Assembly: GCA_964016885.1 (NCBI GenBank)
Contig: OZ024743.1
Coordinates: 343,480,001-343,544,000 of the forward strand
Reading direction: 5' to 3'
Origin: Eledone cirrhosa
Lineage: Eukaryota
Length of the DNA: 64,000 nucleotides
Shown: positions 1 to 12,934 of the stretch, piece by piece
Position numbering within the stretch: position 1 is the stretch's first letter
How the letters are laid out: each line of letters starts with the position of its first letter
Notes under the pieces: model-generated
The model's database searches: none
Seen by the model: the letters and a program-made list of their open reading frames with translations, nothing else
What the model was told of the DNA's origin: nothing
Made by a program: the position numbers and the translations under genes

Positions 1-184
1 TCTGATTTTGTTCTATTTAAAAAGAATGGAATAAATAGAACAAGATCAAAACAAAGAGGAGACAGAGAGGATACAGAATAGTCATTGAGAAGGTCATAGG
101 ATGTGTGACAAAAAAGCTTTTAAACATCTTAACAACTATCCAGTTACTAAACTAGCCCATAAATGGATTAGTTACTTAACTAAT

Positions 185-369
185 AATTGTTTCTACATTT
201 GGCACAAGGCCAGCAATTACCCAGTGCATTACTGGTACTTTATTTTATCGACCCCGTAAGGATGAAAGGCAAAGTTGACCTTGACAGAAATTGAACTCAG
301 ACTGTAAAGGGCCGTAACTCTATGCTGCAAAGCATGGCGTCCGACCTTCTACCGATACTGCCAATCCAC
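185..369 (-). mobile_element. tRNA-headed SINE (family A)
   Basis: Reverse complement of the 14510 SINE, with A/B-box-like head, GCCTTTCATCCTTACGGGGTCGATAAAATAAAGTACCAG core and TTA tail. Confidence 0.85.
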
Positions 370-2831
370 AACTAATAATAAACTCCCAAAGTATAACAAT
401 ATATACATAATTAAGATTGGATTCCTGGTGGGGATTTGGGGATTAAAGAATGGCCATAAGCCAGAAATGCATCGCCAGTTATCTTCTACAGCTTCTGCTG
501 GAATCCGCTAGCTGTCAGCTTCTAAAATTCATTGCTACCACACAAGCCCCACACCCACCTTGGTCACACCTACCAAACTCACAATGTTTTGCATTGACAA
601 GTTTGTTATTCGGAGATAGTTTACAGCAACAATAACACCTATTTCGTGGGTCATCTCTGAATAAAATATTTTGTCTATTCTCTGTTTTTGTTTGCTGTAA
701 TTCTTTTATTAATTAATTAATTATGCAATCTGCACCTGATGTCACCAGGATCTTACGTAACCAGGCCATTGAAATATATATAGTATTTTTTACAACAAAA
801 ATCTTTAAAGGAACATTACCAGTCTGGCCTCCTGTTGTTTTAATCAAATTTATATATACATATATATATATATCATCTTCATTTTACGTTCGTTTTTCGA
901 TATGGGCATAAGCTAGACAGGTATTCATGGTTCCAGATGAGACAGGTTTGAGAGTTGTGTTTTGCTGATATCTTTAATTTTTGGCATGGTTTCTACTGCT
1001 GGATGCTTTCTTAACCACAAGCACTTTCCTGAGTGTACTGGTTGCATTTACTGTGACACCAGAATTTGGGAATCAAAAAAGAGAAGAGAGGAATATTCAG
1101 TCATCTCAAGGGCATGACAGCCTCTCTAGTATTGGTATCATGATAAAATGTACAAAGTAAACTCTGTAAAGTGATTGTGTGTAAGGAAGGGAATCTATTA
1201 TTATCATCATCGTTGTTTTTATATCTGCTTTTGCATAGGTGAGACCAAGACTTTTTTATATTTAGTATGCTATACACCGATTAGCTTCATTGAATCACTG
1301 AGGCTAAATTGAAACATTTGAATAATAGTTAAACTGGTTTATTGAGTATTAAGCACAAATTGAAGGTAGTCAATTTAGGTAATTACCTGGAACATCACTA
1401 CAGTGCACCACATAATGTTATCTATAACTGTTGCCACAGGGAAAAGAAACTTTAGTAAACTAAAGTTTATATAGACATATTTAGGGTCATCCATAACACA
1501 ATTCTTTCCTAATATAAAAGGATATTGTAAAAAGTCATATGCAAATGTTTGCAGATCTAGTTTTAGGTAGGATAATCTGTTTTTCAGTATCTGTTTTGTT
1601 CATATTCTTTACTTGATAAGAAGACAGTTCATTACATCTAGAAATCAATGGCACACTTCAGACTTTGTTTCACCCATCTATCTAAGAACTCAGAATTTAT
1701 TTGTAACAAAAATGTGGCATTATTGCCATGACTGTAGATAACCTCTTTCTCACTAGAAAAGGTCGAAACTATGATAGTATGATTGTATTGTCTTGTATAT
1801 TGTAGTAGACATGTTATTTTTATGATATATTTGTAGGTTTTCTTCCTTGTGAAAATCTGTAAACACACTTTTTTAATTGCAGGCTGCCACACTGTTAACT
1901 TAACTGTGTATCTATGCGAAAAACCTCATTCACTATCAAAGTCAGTGAACTGGCAACATTGAGGTTCCGCAAGACAAGATCTTTGAATGAAATTTAATTA
2001 AAATTTATTGTGTTTATATGAATAAATACACTCTCTAAAAAAATTGTTTCATTTAATGCTTTATTAAAATTTTAATGGTGGAGATTGTCCATAAAATATA
2101 GATAATATTGGTTCTGCAATTATTTGAAAATCGTGTAGGTGCTCTGCAACAAAACATCTTAGAGAACCACATGTTAGAATATGAAAACAACATTGCAAGT
2201 GAAATGTGTCAACTATCTCAAAAAATCTCATTAATAAAAAATCTAAACACAATTTTATTTTTTAAAGAATATTTAATTCTGCCAAGATAGAGAAGGGAGA
2301 CAACCAAAATTTTAAAAATTCAAGAGTGAAATCTGAAATCTGAGGTAATTGGTAAGGATCTGTGTCAGCAACAATGGTACAGTTACTATAAAGAGTGGTA
2401 AAAATCTGACATTTCATACTGATGCCATTCAATGGACATTTGTTGCAAATTTCTCCATTACTCATGGCAACTAAACATACTAATATTCATCAAACTTTTT
2501 TGGATTTATTATGAAGGATTCAAGCCCTAGTGACAGGGGAAGATCTTTGGTGTTAAATAAATATATAAAAATATTTTTCTTCCAACAGCAGCAAATATCA
2601 GTTGATGTTTCACTACATTTCTGAGTTTAAGATTTATCAATATTATAAGCTGATTTATTTGGATAAATGTTCTCATCTTTGTTGTTATAATCACATTTCA
2701 ACAGTTGTACCCTTTCACCTTCTTCAGGTGCTTGTCTGGAAAATAGCATAATCAGTATAACTGTTAGGTGCTTTAGTCTACCCACAAGTAGTAAGTTCAA
2801 TCTCTTTAGTATATCTACATATACTCCAGAT

Positions 2832-3175
2832 CAGAGGTTCTCAAACCTTTTGAGCCACTTCCCCGTCATGGTCATGTCCCCACCCCTATTTCCAGAGAGA
2901 TCTGTCTACAGGCAAATTGTAAATAATATATAATAAATAAAATCGTTAATTGATATATAATAATATAATATATACTATGTATAAATAAATATTTATATAT
3001 TTTTTTATTTTACTATATTTATATATATATGTATCATTTGATATTTAATATACTATTATATCATTTCTACCCCCCCCCCCCCTCCACTGTTCCCATAGGC
3101 TCTAGCGCCCCCTGGACCTTCTCAATTGCCCCCCCCCCCCCCGGGGGGCGGTAGCATACATTTTGAGAACCTTTG
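2832..3175. mobile_element. hAT (Charlie-like) MITE
   Basis: TIRs CAGAGGTTCTCAAA / TTTGAGAACCTTTG. 8-bp TSD CTCCAGAT (2824-2831) / CTCTAGAT (3176-3183). Confidence 0.8.
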
Positions 3176-3401
3176 CTCTAGATAAAGCAGAACAAGTGAC
3201 ATCACAAGTAACTATTTAATATAAGGATATTATGACAATAATCTATCTTCAAAGTTTGAAATCCTGAAAATATTAATGAATATTACAAGCAACTGGAGAA
3301 GGCTAGAGGGTACAACAGTCGAAGCATAATTGTAACAACGAAGATGAGGAAATTAGTCTGAATAAATCAGTTTATAATAGTTAATTGATATTTCTTTAAT
3401 C

Positions 3402-3560
3402 TTATTCTTTTAGAGGTTTCTGCGTTTCTTGGAACAATTCATAGAGTTGACCAAGTTGTTCTGAAGTAAAGCAGTCCAAAAAGTCTGAAGACAAATTTTC
3501 TCCTATCACTCCAGTACGATTTTTCTGATTTATCTGTTTAGCTATTGTCACATAATATTT
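3402..3560 (-). CDS. SDHAF3: SDHAF3 coding exon 2 (terminal)
   Basis: TAATTTTCAG acceptor, then KYYVTIAKQINQKNRTGVIGENLSSDFLDCFTSEQLGQLYELFQETQKPLKE-TAA. EQLGQLYEL matches the SDHAF3 C-terminal motif. In frame with exon 1, total 112 aa. Confidence 0.94.
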   Translation of the reverse strand, partial: KYYVTIAKQINQKNRTGVIGENLSSDFLDCFTSEQLGQLYELFQETQKPLKE

Positions 3561-3893
3561 CTGAAAATTAAGAAAAAGAAATAATTATTAAAGTAATACT
3601 TTTTTTCCGCCTCTCTTTGGGTGTAATTATAATTACAATATTTTTTTTACTTGGGGTATTAAGTGTACAGCATCCACTTAACTATTTTTTATGAAACTGG
3701 TAAGAGTATACTACACTGAAGACCAAAACATATCCAGAATTGTCACTGCATATGCCAAATATTAGACTCGCTCTTTATTACATGCTCTCGTTTAACTTAC
3801 AATTTAAATTTGGGAGTTATTTCCCTTATCTTCTTTAATCCAGAATTAATCCTTAAACAATTTCTTTCTTTTTACTTAGAGTTTAATTTTAAA

Positions 3894-4001
3894 TAATTGT
3901 TTCTACTTTTTGGCACAAGGCCAGCAATTACACAGTACATTACTGGTACTTTATTTTATCGACCTCGTAAGGATGAAAGGCAAAGTTAACCTCGGCGGGA
4001 T
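3894..4001 (-). mobile_element. 5'-truncated family A SINE in the SDHAF3 intron
   Basis: Near-identical to the reverse complement of the 3' half of the 44194/46111 SINEs. Confidence 0.85.
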
Positions 4002-4932
4002 TTAAATAATGAAAATTCTTTTGCTCATTAAATTAAGTATGTAAGCCCTCACAGACACTATAGATCTATTAAGCTGGGAAAGGAAAACTAAATGTTTATT
4101 CTTAAACTAGAAGTAGGTGAATCAATGGCAGCGTGGTTAAAAAGTTAATTTTGAATTTCAGTTCCATTCCATTGTATGACACATTGGACAAGTGCCTTCA
4201 GCAATAGCCTCGTCAATGGGAGGGAAATCTGAGAGAGAGGAACTGCGTGGAAGCTTGTCAGAAGGACCATCCATGTTCTTCGGTTGTAGACATAATCCAC
4301 CACCTAATTTAACACCACAAACTTGCCCTTGAGTACCTTTAACAAAGTCCGCTTTGTTGTAAACATCTTCGGTCCAAAGATAACTTTCTTTCGTTAATCA
4401 GTCTTGGGAGCTTTACCCTTCCTCCACTAAATTATTGAAGAAATAAGGGGATAGGAAGGTAGAGTCTTGGTACCTTATTAACACATAACCTGGTTCCCAC
4501 AAAAAGATATTATTTAGCATTATTTTCACACCTTACTTGTAAATGACGTGAATAATGCGTGACTAGTGGGTTTTTTTTACGTTGAATCAGCTGGATCAAT
4601 TGGAGAAGGTTACTTCAGGATCCGCTGGAAGGAGTGTTTGAGGACTCTGCTCTCACGACCCTCTCAGAAATAAGTGGACAAAGAAGATGATATAATATTC
4701 TACACCTAATCAGATACACCACTAAGTGATGAATAATTCATGTTCGAATAAAAAAAAAAAAATCAACGCCATAATAAGTACTAGTAATGTAGTGAAACAG
4801 ATTATAAATATCAAAATACTATGGATATGTAAAATGGGCTTATTTATTCGTAAGGTGATGATTCACCTTACGTTGATATGTGCGTAACGGAGTATTTACA
4901 AGAAAGGAGAGAGGAAAAAGAAAAGGCCCTAC

Positions 4933-5112
4933 CGTCCATTCATGCATAAATATATCTGCTTGCTTGCTGTCAGAAGTTTTGTTACTGCGAAACTCATCTT
5001 TAACATATTGGTCCCCAATTGCTCTGTAATGAAGGGGAAGGCCGTGATGGATTTTCAGAATCGCTTTATATAAAGCTCTTACGCGTTTGACATGCCCTGG
5101 ATTATTTGCCAT
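4933..5112 (-). CDS. SDHAF3: Succinate dehydrogenase assembly factor 3 (ACN9, LYR family), coding exon 1
   Basis: Encodes MANNPGHVKRVRALYKAILKIHHGLPLHYRAIGDQYVKDEFRSNKTSDSKQADIFMHEWT (60 codons). The LYK (LYR-type) motif and GDQYVKDEFR signature match SDHAF3. Phase-0 GTAGGG donor at 4932. Confidence 0.96.
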
Positions 5113-6004
5113 AGTAAGCGTATATTATTCCGTTAGAATAATTACAAATAGTTATGGAGCCAAATTAGATGCTAAAATACAGTTTCTAGTTTCGAAACTT
5201 ATGTTGTTTCTGAAGTAAAATTCAAGCCGTAGTTAAACATTGATTTCATCCTTCCAGGGACATTGTAATAAGTACGAATAACGTACTGACATTGATTATA
5301 TCTTCCTTACAAAACTTCCATTATGCCTAAATAAATAGATTAAAAAAACCATTTTGGCTGTTGTTATCATCAGTTAAATGACCACAATATCTTCGCTCTG
5401 TTTACAACCACATGTCACCAAGTACTTGAATGAGGGTTAAATTGATGTTACATTTATTTATTATGAAAACACACAAATCACGTGACTCAAAAATTGAAAG
5501 CACAGCTGCGCGTTTGTGAGCTAGCAGTTTTATTTTTACTTCTTTCATATTATTTTCCGCTGTTTATTTTGGTTTACTATAAACTAACTTAAAATATTTA
5601 CTGAAAATAAATAAAATTATATATATATATATGTAAACATTTTTATATTTTAATACAAACAAGTAACAGCTTACACTTTTACTTTATATTTCATATTTAT
5701 TTTTAATTCCAAAATAAAAAGTTTTCAATTATTTTTATTTATTTACAAAAAAAAAACAAAAAAAAACCATACAATTTGTATATCATCTAGTTTTCCCCCA
5801 TAACTTGTAACACGTATCTTGGGGAAAGAAGAAAGTTATTTTGTTAATATAGTATATCTTAGAGGTTTTGCTAGCTCTGTATTGTTGGAGTTGAAGTAAG
5901 AGGCGAGTGACGTCATCATTACGGTAATGTCTTCTCGTAAATGATATTCTCTAGTCGGCATCGAATTAGTATCTTCACATATTTACTGAGATTGACGGAC
6001 GAAA
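5113..6004. promoter_or_regulatory. Putative bidirectional promoter between SDHAF3 and dynein intermediate chain
   Basis: 892 bp separate the divergent ATGs. Contains TCACGTGA E-box (5478-5485) overlapping TGACTCA (5483-5489), a TGACGTCA CRE (5908-5915), and locally more CpG than the introns. TSSs are not visible. Confidence 0.55.
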
Positions 6005-6103
6005 ATGTCTGATCGAAAAGCGGAGTTAGAACGGAAGAAAGCTCGTCTGGAGCAGATGAGAAAGGAGAGACAGGAAAAAGAGCAACGCCGAAAGTTAAAA
6101 GAT
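6005..6103 (+). CDS. DYNC1I: Cytoplasmic dynein 1 intermediate chain, coding exon 1
   Basis: Encodes MSDRKAELERKKARLEQMRKERQEKEQRRKLKD, the conserved N-terminal p150Glued/NudE-binding helix. Phase-0 GTAAGC donor at 6104. Absent from the ORF track because it is short. Confidence 0.95.
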
Positions 6104-8752
6104 GTAAGCATTTGATTTGTCATTAATTATTTTTAGTCAAGTGCGAGATTCAGAGATCCATCTTAAATCTATTTTACTTCGTACTTAGGAAATTCATACA
6201 AGTCAAAGCATTTTAATTCTGTAAGAAATCAACAATTTCCATGTATATACTGTTAATGTAATTGTATTGATGTCCCACAAGCATCAGTATCGAGATTGCA
6301 GCCTTCCATTTTTTTTGTATTTTAAATAAATAAATGGATTGACATTGTCTTTTATTCATCAGTAATGAAGGAGAAAAGCCGATTTAATAAATACACTAAG
6401 TAAAATATAGTAGTGTTGAGTCAAAACACCTATACCTTCTTACTGCCTTAGAAAATCTGTGATCTGGATAGAAAAGAATTATGGCCGATCTTCTTTAAAG
6501 CTAACGCCTTCTTTATTATTTTTTAACGTAAACTTGACTCTCATTTTAACATACAAAAATATATTTAGTATTTATTTTGCTGTCCTATACATATATCTTT
6601 ATAATATAAAATTTTGCATATAGTGCTATTTAAAAAAAAAGTTCCCTTCAACCAGTAATCAGCTGTTGGCGTCGGGGATTGCTTAGTAATGCATCAACAT
6701 AATATATGTGACAGGCGATGTGGTTACGAGGCTGACTCAGTTCACGAAAAATCAGGATCTCCATCCCTTTAAATTCTAAGTAAGAATCCCTTCCGCAGTT
6801 TTTGTTTTTGTTTTTGGCAAGGCATAGATGTTACAACGCCTCTAAAATAAATAAAAAATAAATAAAGGACATTGCGCAGTAATATCTGTGAAAAATAAAG
6901 ACAAATAACATAATTCACCAAGGAAAGTCACTATCATCTGTTTGAAAATGCGGCATAACTGCAGTTTCGAATCCCTACCCGGCTCTATTTCCTCATAATA
7001 TTTTTAATTCATATTTTTAAAAGAAGTTTTGCGGATTTGTTTTCGATTAGGTTGATCTACTTATATATATATATATTTAAAAAAAACATATTTGCAATTC
7101 TTAGTTGTAGAAATGACATTACGTTCCTGTAGAAAATATATGACATCCTGATTGATATTATCAACACGATATTGGAAAGAAAATGACCCCCCCCCCCCCC
7201 GTTTACGTTTACCATAAACACACTGAAAGTATTTAGTAATGAAATCATTTTTTCGTTTCCAAATAATCAATAAATTTTCAGTTTCGCTTGTGGGGAGGGG
7301 AACATTAAACTGTAGTGATATCAAAAATTCTTTGGAACATATTCCAAATTAAGGTTATCTTTTCGCACATTTTGCTTATTGTACATTATTTGTAGTTTTT
7401 TTTGCCGTTGAAGTTATTTTTGAGCTTCTGACACCACCTTTTATTTTTCATCAGTCTGGGTTCAATTAAATAATCGATCAGTTATCAATTGATTGCCTCC
7501 ACCCTACCTTTAACTAAAACGTCGTAGTCGCTCGTCATGCCAGAAACACCAGTCAAATCTCTAGCAAATTACACTGTATCGTCTTACAGAAGGGATAGAC
7601 AAATTAGATAATTTTCTCGATACATTCATACAAAAAAAGAAAAGAAAAAGACAGCACGGTTTCCATTGGAACGCTTTGAACGTAGTTGAAGAGTCATGAT
7701 AATTTTACAACACATATACCGTTATATGTACTTAAGTTTTAATTTGTGATAGTATTATGTTATAAATTATCAACAGAAAGGTGGAAAATGTGTTTATATT
7801 TCCGAATTTAGATTCAGCTCTGGATGGACGTTAATATTGATATTAATTACACGAGGTGAAAGGACTCAAACTTATTTTGTCACGAAACCCTTATACAATT
7901 TTCCAAAAATGATGGAACTCATTACTATATTTCATGGACAACCTTTATCCTAATTTTAATAAGACATTAAATGAAACACAGTTGTTTTAAAGAAAAATTT
8001 ATTCATATAAAAAATTGTAATAAATATTTATTAGATTTTATTAAAAGTAGATTATTTCGTGAAATCCTGGGGCTCTTCAAAAGCCCACTTTAGGAAACCC
8101 TGTTTTAGGTCATCCCTGATTAAGCAGACCTATGATCAAGTGTATTCCACCCGTGCTCCAAGGTGGAACAAGTATATATGTATATATGAGTATGATTTTC
8201 ATGCTGGATTTTATTTAGCAAAACTTCTTTCCAACTTGTTTCATTCTTTTGTTATCTTCTCAGTGATTTGAGATTGGCTCTCACCTCTTCTACCCAAGTT
8301 CTATTTAAATATATAAATATGTCAATCAAATATTTTCCACCTACAACAGAAATACTATTATGAGATAAAAAGAAAAATCAATATATGCTGTTTATGCAGT
8401 AACATTTGGTGCAGAATATATGGATTATACGTTACAGTATTTTCTAATTATCCGTAAAAAACTGGGCTGTACATGGTCAGTTAACTATAACTTCATTTCT
8501 TTCATGAATATGATTATTTAGGTGTCTAAGGAATTAATCAATATGTACACTGTCTCTGAATTTTTAAAAAGTATTTATTCAAAGAGAGAATCTCAATGCC
8601 CACAAACCTTTTCAGGTCCCCTGAGACTGTTGGAAAGGAGGATGGAATTTATTCTCAAACCTTACTGTTTCACTCATAATCTTTTGATTGGTAGAATCAT
8701 TACATGGACAAAATGCAGTGCAGTATTTGTTCTGACTCTTTACATTATGACT

Positions 8753-8968
8753 TTAACTCTTTAGCATTGACATTACACTATATTTACTATTGTATTATTG
8801 TGGTAAAGGCTTTACCTCACATAATATCGAATCTATGAGATTTTGATATTATTTATTTTGAGAACAATACCTTAACATCAGTATGAGTGGCTAGTTACGG
8901 TCGATTTAAACAGAAAGAGATGAGAGAATTTTGGCTGGATATGGCCAGTTTAAATGCTAAAGGGTTAA
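8753..8968. mobile_element. piggyBac-type (TTAA) MITE inserted in a SINE
   Basis: TTAA-CTCTTTAGCATT ... AATGCTAAAGGG-TTAA. The flanks rejoin as a SINE B-box region. A related left end occurs at 31591. Confidence 0.7.
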
Positions 8969-9809
8969 ATCTCATTAAGGTCAATTTTACCTTTCATTCT
9001 GCTGAGTTTGGTAAAATTAAGTACCAGTTAAGTACTGGGGTGGATTTAATTTATTCTATCTTAGAAACATTTTAAGGGCAGAGGTTCAGCTGAATTGCTA
9101 GAGTGTTGGTATTTGATTTGGCACTTTATTTTCTGTCTTCAAATCCTACTGAGGTGAACGTTGCCTTTCAGTCTTCTAGAGTTGATAAAATAAAATACCA
9201 GTCAGTTACTGGGGTCAGTATAATTGACTGTTCCCTATCATCAAATTTCTGACCTTGTACATAAATTAGAAACCATTATTCTCATTATTAATGTTATATT
9301 ATATCATCTTCAATATTTAACTGGTATTTATTTAAACTAGAAATGATAAATTAATAATCAGTTGAAATATGGGGTTGATATGTTTGACTGTATCCTCCTA
9401 CAAAATTTGTGGTCACATGTCAATGTGAGAAATCATTTTATGAATTTGAAAAACCATTATTTTGAAGTTAGAAATTATAATTACCACCACTGTTCTTTCA
9501 CTGAAGTTAATGTTTGTAAATTTGTGTGAAATTCTTAGCAATAGAATTTACCAATTTCCTCCAAGCTTTGTGTATATCTGGTTTAGAGTAGGTACAGTGT
9601 CCCTGCATGTTGTAAGAAGCAGCTAATAGGGTTGATGCCAGGAAGGGCAGCCAACCATAAAATATTGCTTTAGAAAGAATCCCATAGGACCCATGATGCT
9701 AACACATGTTTTAGCAGGGAAAAATGACCCTAAAATGTTTGCTTGCTGCTGCTGCCCTTTAACAAGTTGGGCCATATAAAGTAAACATTTTTTTATTTTG
9801 CATGTCAGA

Positions 9810-9958
9810 CAGTGTTGGATTTAGGACAAATGAGACCCTGTGCTAGTTAAGGTATGAGGCCCCTTACTTGGGCCCTGAAAGAGGTAAAAAAGTTTTTCAG
9901 CAGGCCAATGGAGCCCTGTGCTTAAGCACACCTAAGCACAATGATAGATCTGGCACTG
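9810..9958. mobile_element. Short hAT-type MITE
   Basis: Imperfect TIRs CAGTGTTGGATTTA / TAGATCTGGCACTG. 8-bp TSD ATGTCAGA / ATGTCAGG. Confidence 0.65.
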
Positions 9959-10967
9959 ATGTCAGGGGTGCTTTGAATATCTACCAGTTCTTCCTATCTT
10001 TTCTCCATACAGGCATGGATTACATTTATACATTATTGCTAGACCTACTAGAAATAGCAGCAAATTCTTCCTCACATCACATTCTGCCATCTTAGAAATG
10101 AAAGGACACATTGAAAAATGTAATTCTAGATGCTTGTGCTTGAATAAAAGAGGGGATGGTCGCTTTGATCATAAGTTTGCTCTATCAGGACAGATATGGA
10201 GGCTTTCTTTCTTTCCTTTTCTTTTTTTTTGTAACTGATTTGTCAGAAAGGGAATTGCAGTGCCCGTGACCCTTTTCAGGACCTTCAAGACTGGTGTGAG
10301 GGAGGTAGATGGAAAGGTGATCTTGGTTTAAATGCTTGCAATAGAATAAGTTCCACTAAAGACACTCTGGGCCTGGGTGGTTGTTTTAAACTGAGTGATG
10401 GATTAAGTCTACCATCTAAATAAACCACAGAAAGATGAAAAAGAGCCATAAGGCATCTTGTCCAATGCATTAACATTTCTGCCCGTCCACTGCCATGGAC
10501 TGGTACTTTATTTTATTGCTCCTGAAAGGATGAAAGGCAAAGTTGACCTCAGGATTTAAAGAATCAAAATCTGCTCATGTCATTGTTGGTCATCTTCATC
10601 CTAATAAATTTAATATACACTCATTATCCATTATTATCCTAATCTCCTTTAATCCTACATTTGTTGTGACATTACATTCTGCAGCTAATCAGCATTACAT
10701 AATTAGTTCTATCTCTTGTACCTACCTCCTCTATTCAAACTGTAATTTTGTTATTTTGAAAAGATAGGGTGAATAGGGCAAATAGCTTAGTGAGGCAATA
10801 TTTTCAGTGAACTAAGTATGCAACCCAGTGTTTATTCCCAGTTGGAACTATTAACCTAAGTTACAACTTTATAAAAAAATCATGAGCTTCATACCTATGA
10901 ATAAAAACATTGTCCTCCTCATCATCATCACCATCTTCATCATCATCAAGAAGACGAAGGACAGAAG

Positions 10968-11455
10968 GGCGTTGGATTGGCAGAATCATCAGAACATTGG
11001 ACAAAATGTTGTGCAGTATTTAGTTACAGCTCATTATACATTTTGAGTTCAAACCCTGCTGAGTTCAACTTTGCCTTTCACCCTTTTACGGTTGATAAAA
11101 TATAGCACCCTTCAGAAACTGCTGGCCTTGTGCCTAAATTAGAAACAATTATTATTAGGACATAGAACTGGCAGAATCATCAGAGCATCACTCACAAGCT
11201 TTGCAGTATTTATTCAAGCTCTTTACATTCTGAGTTCAAATCTTGCCAGGGTCAACTTTGTTTAATCAACTTTGACCTTTACCCAAGTTTGCTGACTTTG
11301 TGTCTAAGTGAGAAGTCTCTTGCTAGGGTTAACTTTGCCTTTCAACCTTATGGGGTTGATAAAATAAAGTACCCGTAATGCACTGGGGGTGATTTAATTG
11401 ACTTTCTCCTCCCCTTCAAATTGCTGGCCTTGTGCCTAAAGTAGAAATCATTATT
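10968..11455 (+). mobile_element. Head-to-tail cluster of older family A SINEs
   Basis: Repeated GAGTTCAAA...CTTTGCCTTTCA...GCTGGCCTTGTGCCTAAA units with TTA tails. Confidence 0.75.
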
Positions 11456-11629
11456 TATGTGTGTTTGTGTAAATGGTAAAAGAGGAGTTTTAAAGACAAT
11501 GCCTGGATTTACTTAGTCTTTCATCCTTTTGTAGTTCTCCTTCAATCCTTAGCTGGCAATTGGATGAGGCTGTCCTTTCAACCTATATGCTATTGTGGGG
11601 GCTGCTGGATGATGGACTCTAATGATCAT

Positions 11630-11940
11630 GTTCTTCCATGCTTTTCTATCCATGGCGCTGACCGTATCATGGTCGAAGTTGAGGTGCTGTGATTTCAGGA
11701 CCTCCTCGATTTGTTTCACCTATGTCTTCTTCAGTGCACTGCGCTGGATTTTCCAGTACTTGGGTCGCTGTCATGACAAAATTGGTGTAGTAGTCTTCCC
11801 GTGCTCATTCTGCAGATGTGGCCAAACCATCGTAGCCTGCGTTGCCAGATTTGGTCTTCAATGGTCGGCTGCTGCTGGCATTGTTCTTGGATGTTGTTGT
11901 TTTAGGTTCAGTTGCATAGGGAGACACCAAGGATCAGTTA
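11630..11940 (-). mobile_element. Degraded RTE-like LINE 3' fragment
   Basis: Minus-strand translation contains RLRWFGHICRM and MDRKAWKNM, typical of the RTE ORF C-terminus. Confidence 0.65.
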
Positions 11941-12450
11941 ATGAGTACTTGTAATATTCTTGTATCAAATAGAGTGACTAAACATTTATAAAAGTGTTTA
12001 ATCAAATCATTTTATTATTATTACTGATCGACAAAATGCCTTGTATTATTTAGTTACTGATTTTTGCATCCTGACTTCCAATTCCACTAAAGTTGATAAT
12101 ATAAAGTGCCCATGAAATACTGAAGGCAGTTTCATTGACTATAAATTTGAGGCCTTGTGCTAATATAAGAAATAATAATAATTATTATATGTGCTGTGAT
12201 TGGTAGAATCATTAGAGCATTGGACAAAATGCTTTGTGGTATTTGTTTTGGGTTCAAATCTCGCTGAGGTTATTTTTACCTGTTCTCCTTCAGAATTTGA
12301 TAAAATGAAATACCAGTTAAGTACCGAGGATGGTTTAATCGACTTCAAAAAAAAAAAAAAAAAAAAAGAAAAGAATACTTGTATTGTGCCTAAATCAAAC
12401 ATTGTGGCCAATAAATGAAATCATTATTATTATTATTATTATTATTATAA

Positions 12451-12934
12451 CTAGCAGAAAAAACCACCCTTCGGGTGGTTTTCTGTTATCATGTGTAGTG
12501 TGCATATTGATATTATACGCAAGTATATATGCATGTAGATATGATACATCAAATAAAATCGTAATTGACAATATACACAAATTGAACGAAGACTGTGTTA
12601 CACTCTCTTATGTAATCAGTAATGTAATTCATGATACATTAAAAAAAGACATTATATATAAACTGCATTAGGAGAAAATTAGCGACGGAAATATATGAAT
12701 GTTTATTTAAGCGATCGCTAACTGGAAGTGTTGACATTTGAACATTTTAAAGAAGTGAACCTTAAAATAAGGAACAAAATTATTTATATTTAATCAAGAA
12801 TAACGAAATTTAGTAGATAAATTATGTAATATTCATTCATTATTTATTCAAAGTAATCCAACTTATTTTACAAACGGGATAAAAAAATATATTCAGGATG
12901 CAGTCCCGCACTCCTTACTTTATTATAGTTTAGT
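12451..12934 (-). mobile_element. Non-autonomous Helitron-like element
   Basis: Minus-strand 3' end has a CCACCC-GAA-GGGTGG hairpin followed by CTAG|T. The 5' end ACTAAACTATAATAAA resembles a decayed TC-start. No TSD; inserted in a (TTA)n tract. Confidence 0.6.

Noticed and set aside
2064-2465. Short overlapping ORFs downstream of SDHAF3
   Set aside because: No recognisable domain or splice pattern; they look like decayed repeat sequence.
4840-4932. C-terminal extension of the 90-aa ORF (VGPFLFPL...)
   Set aside because: Intron read-through past the donor at 4932; the homologous C-terminus is at 3402-3560.
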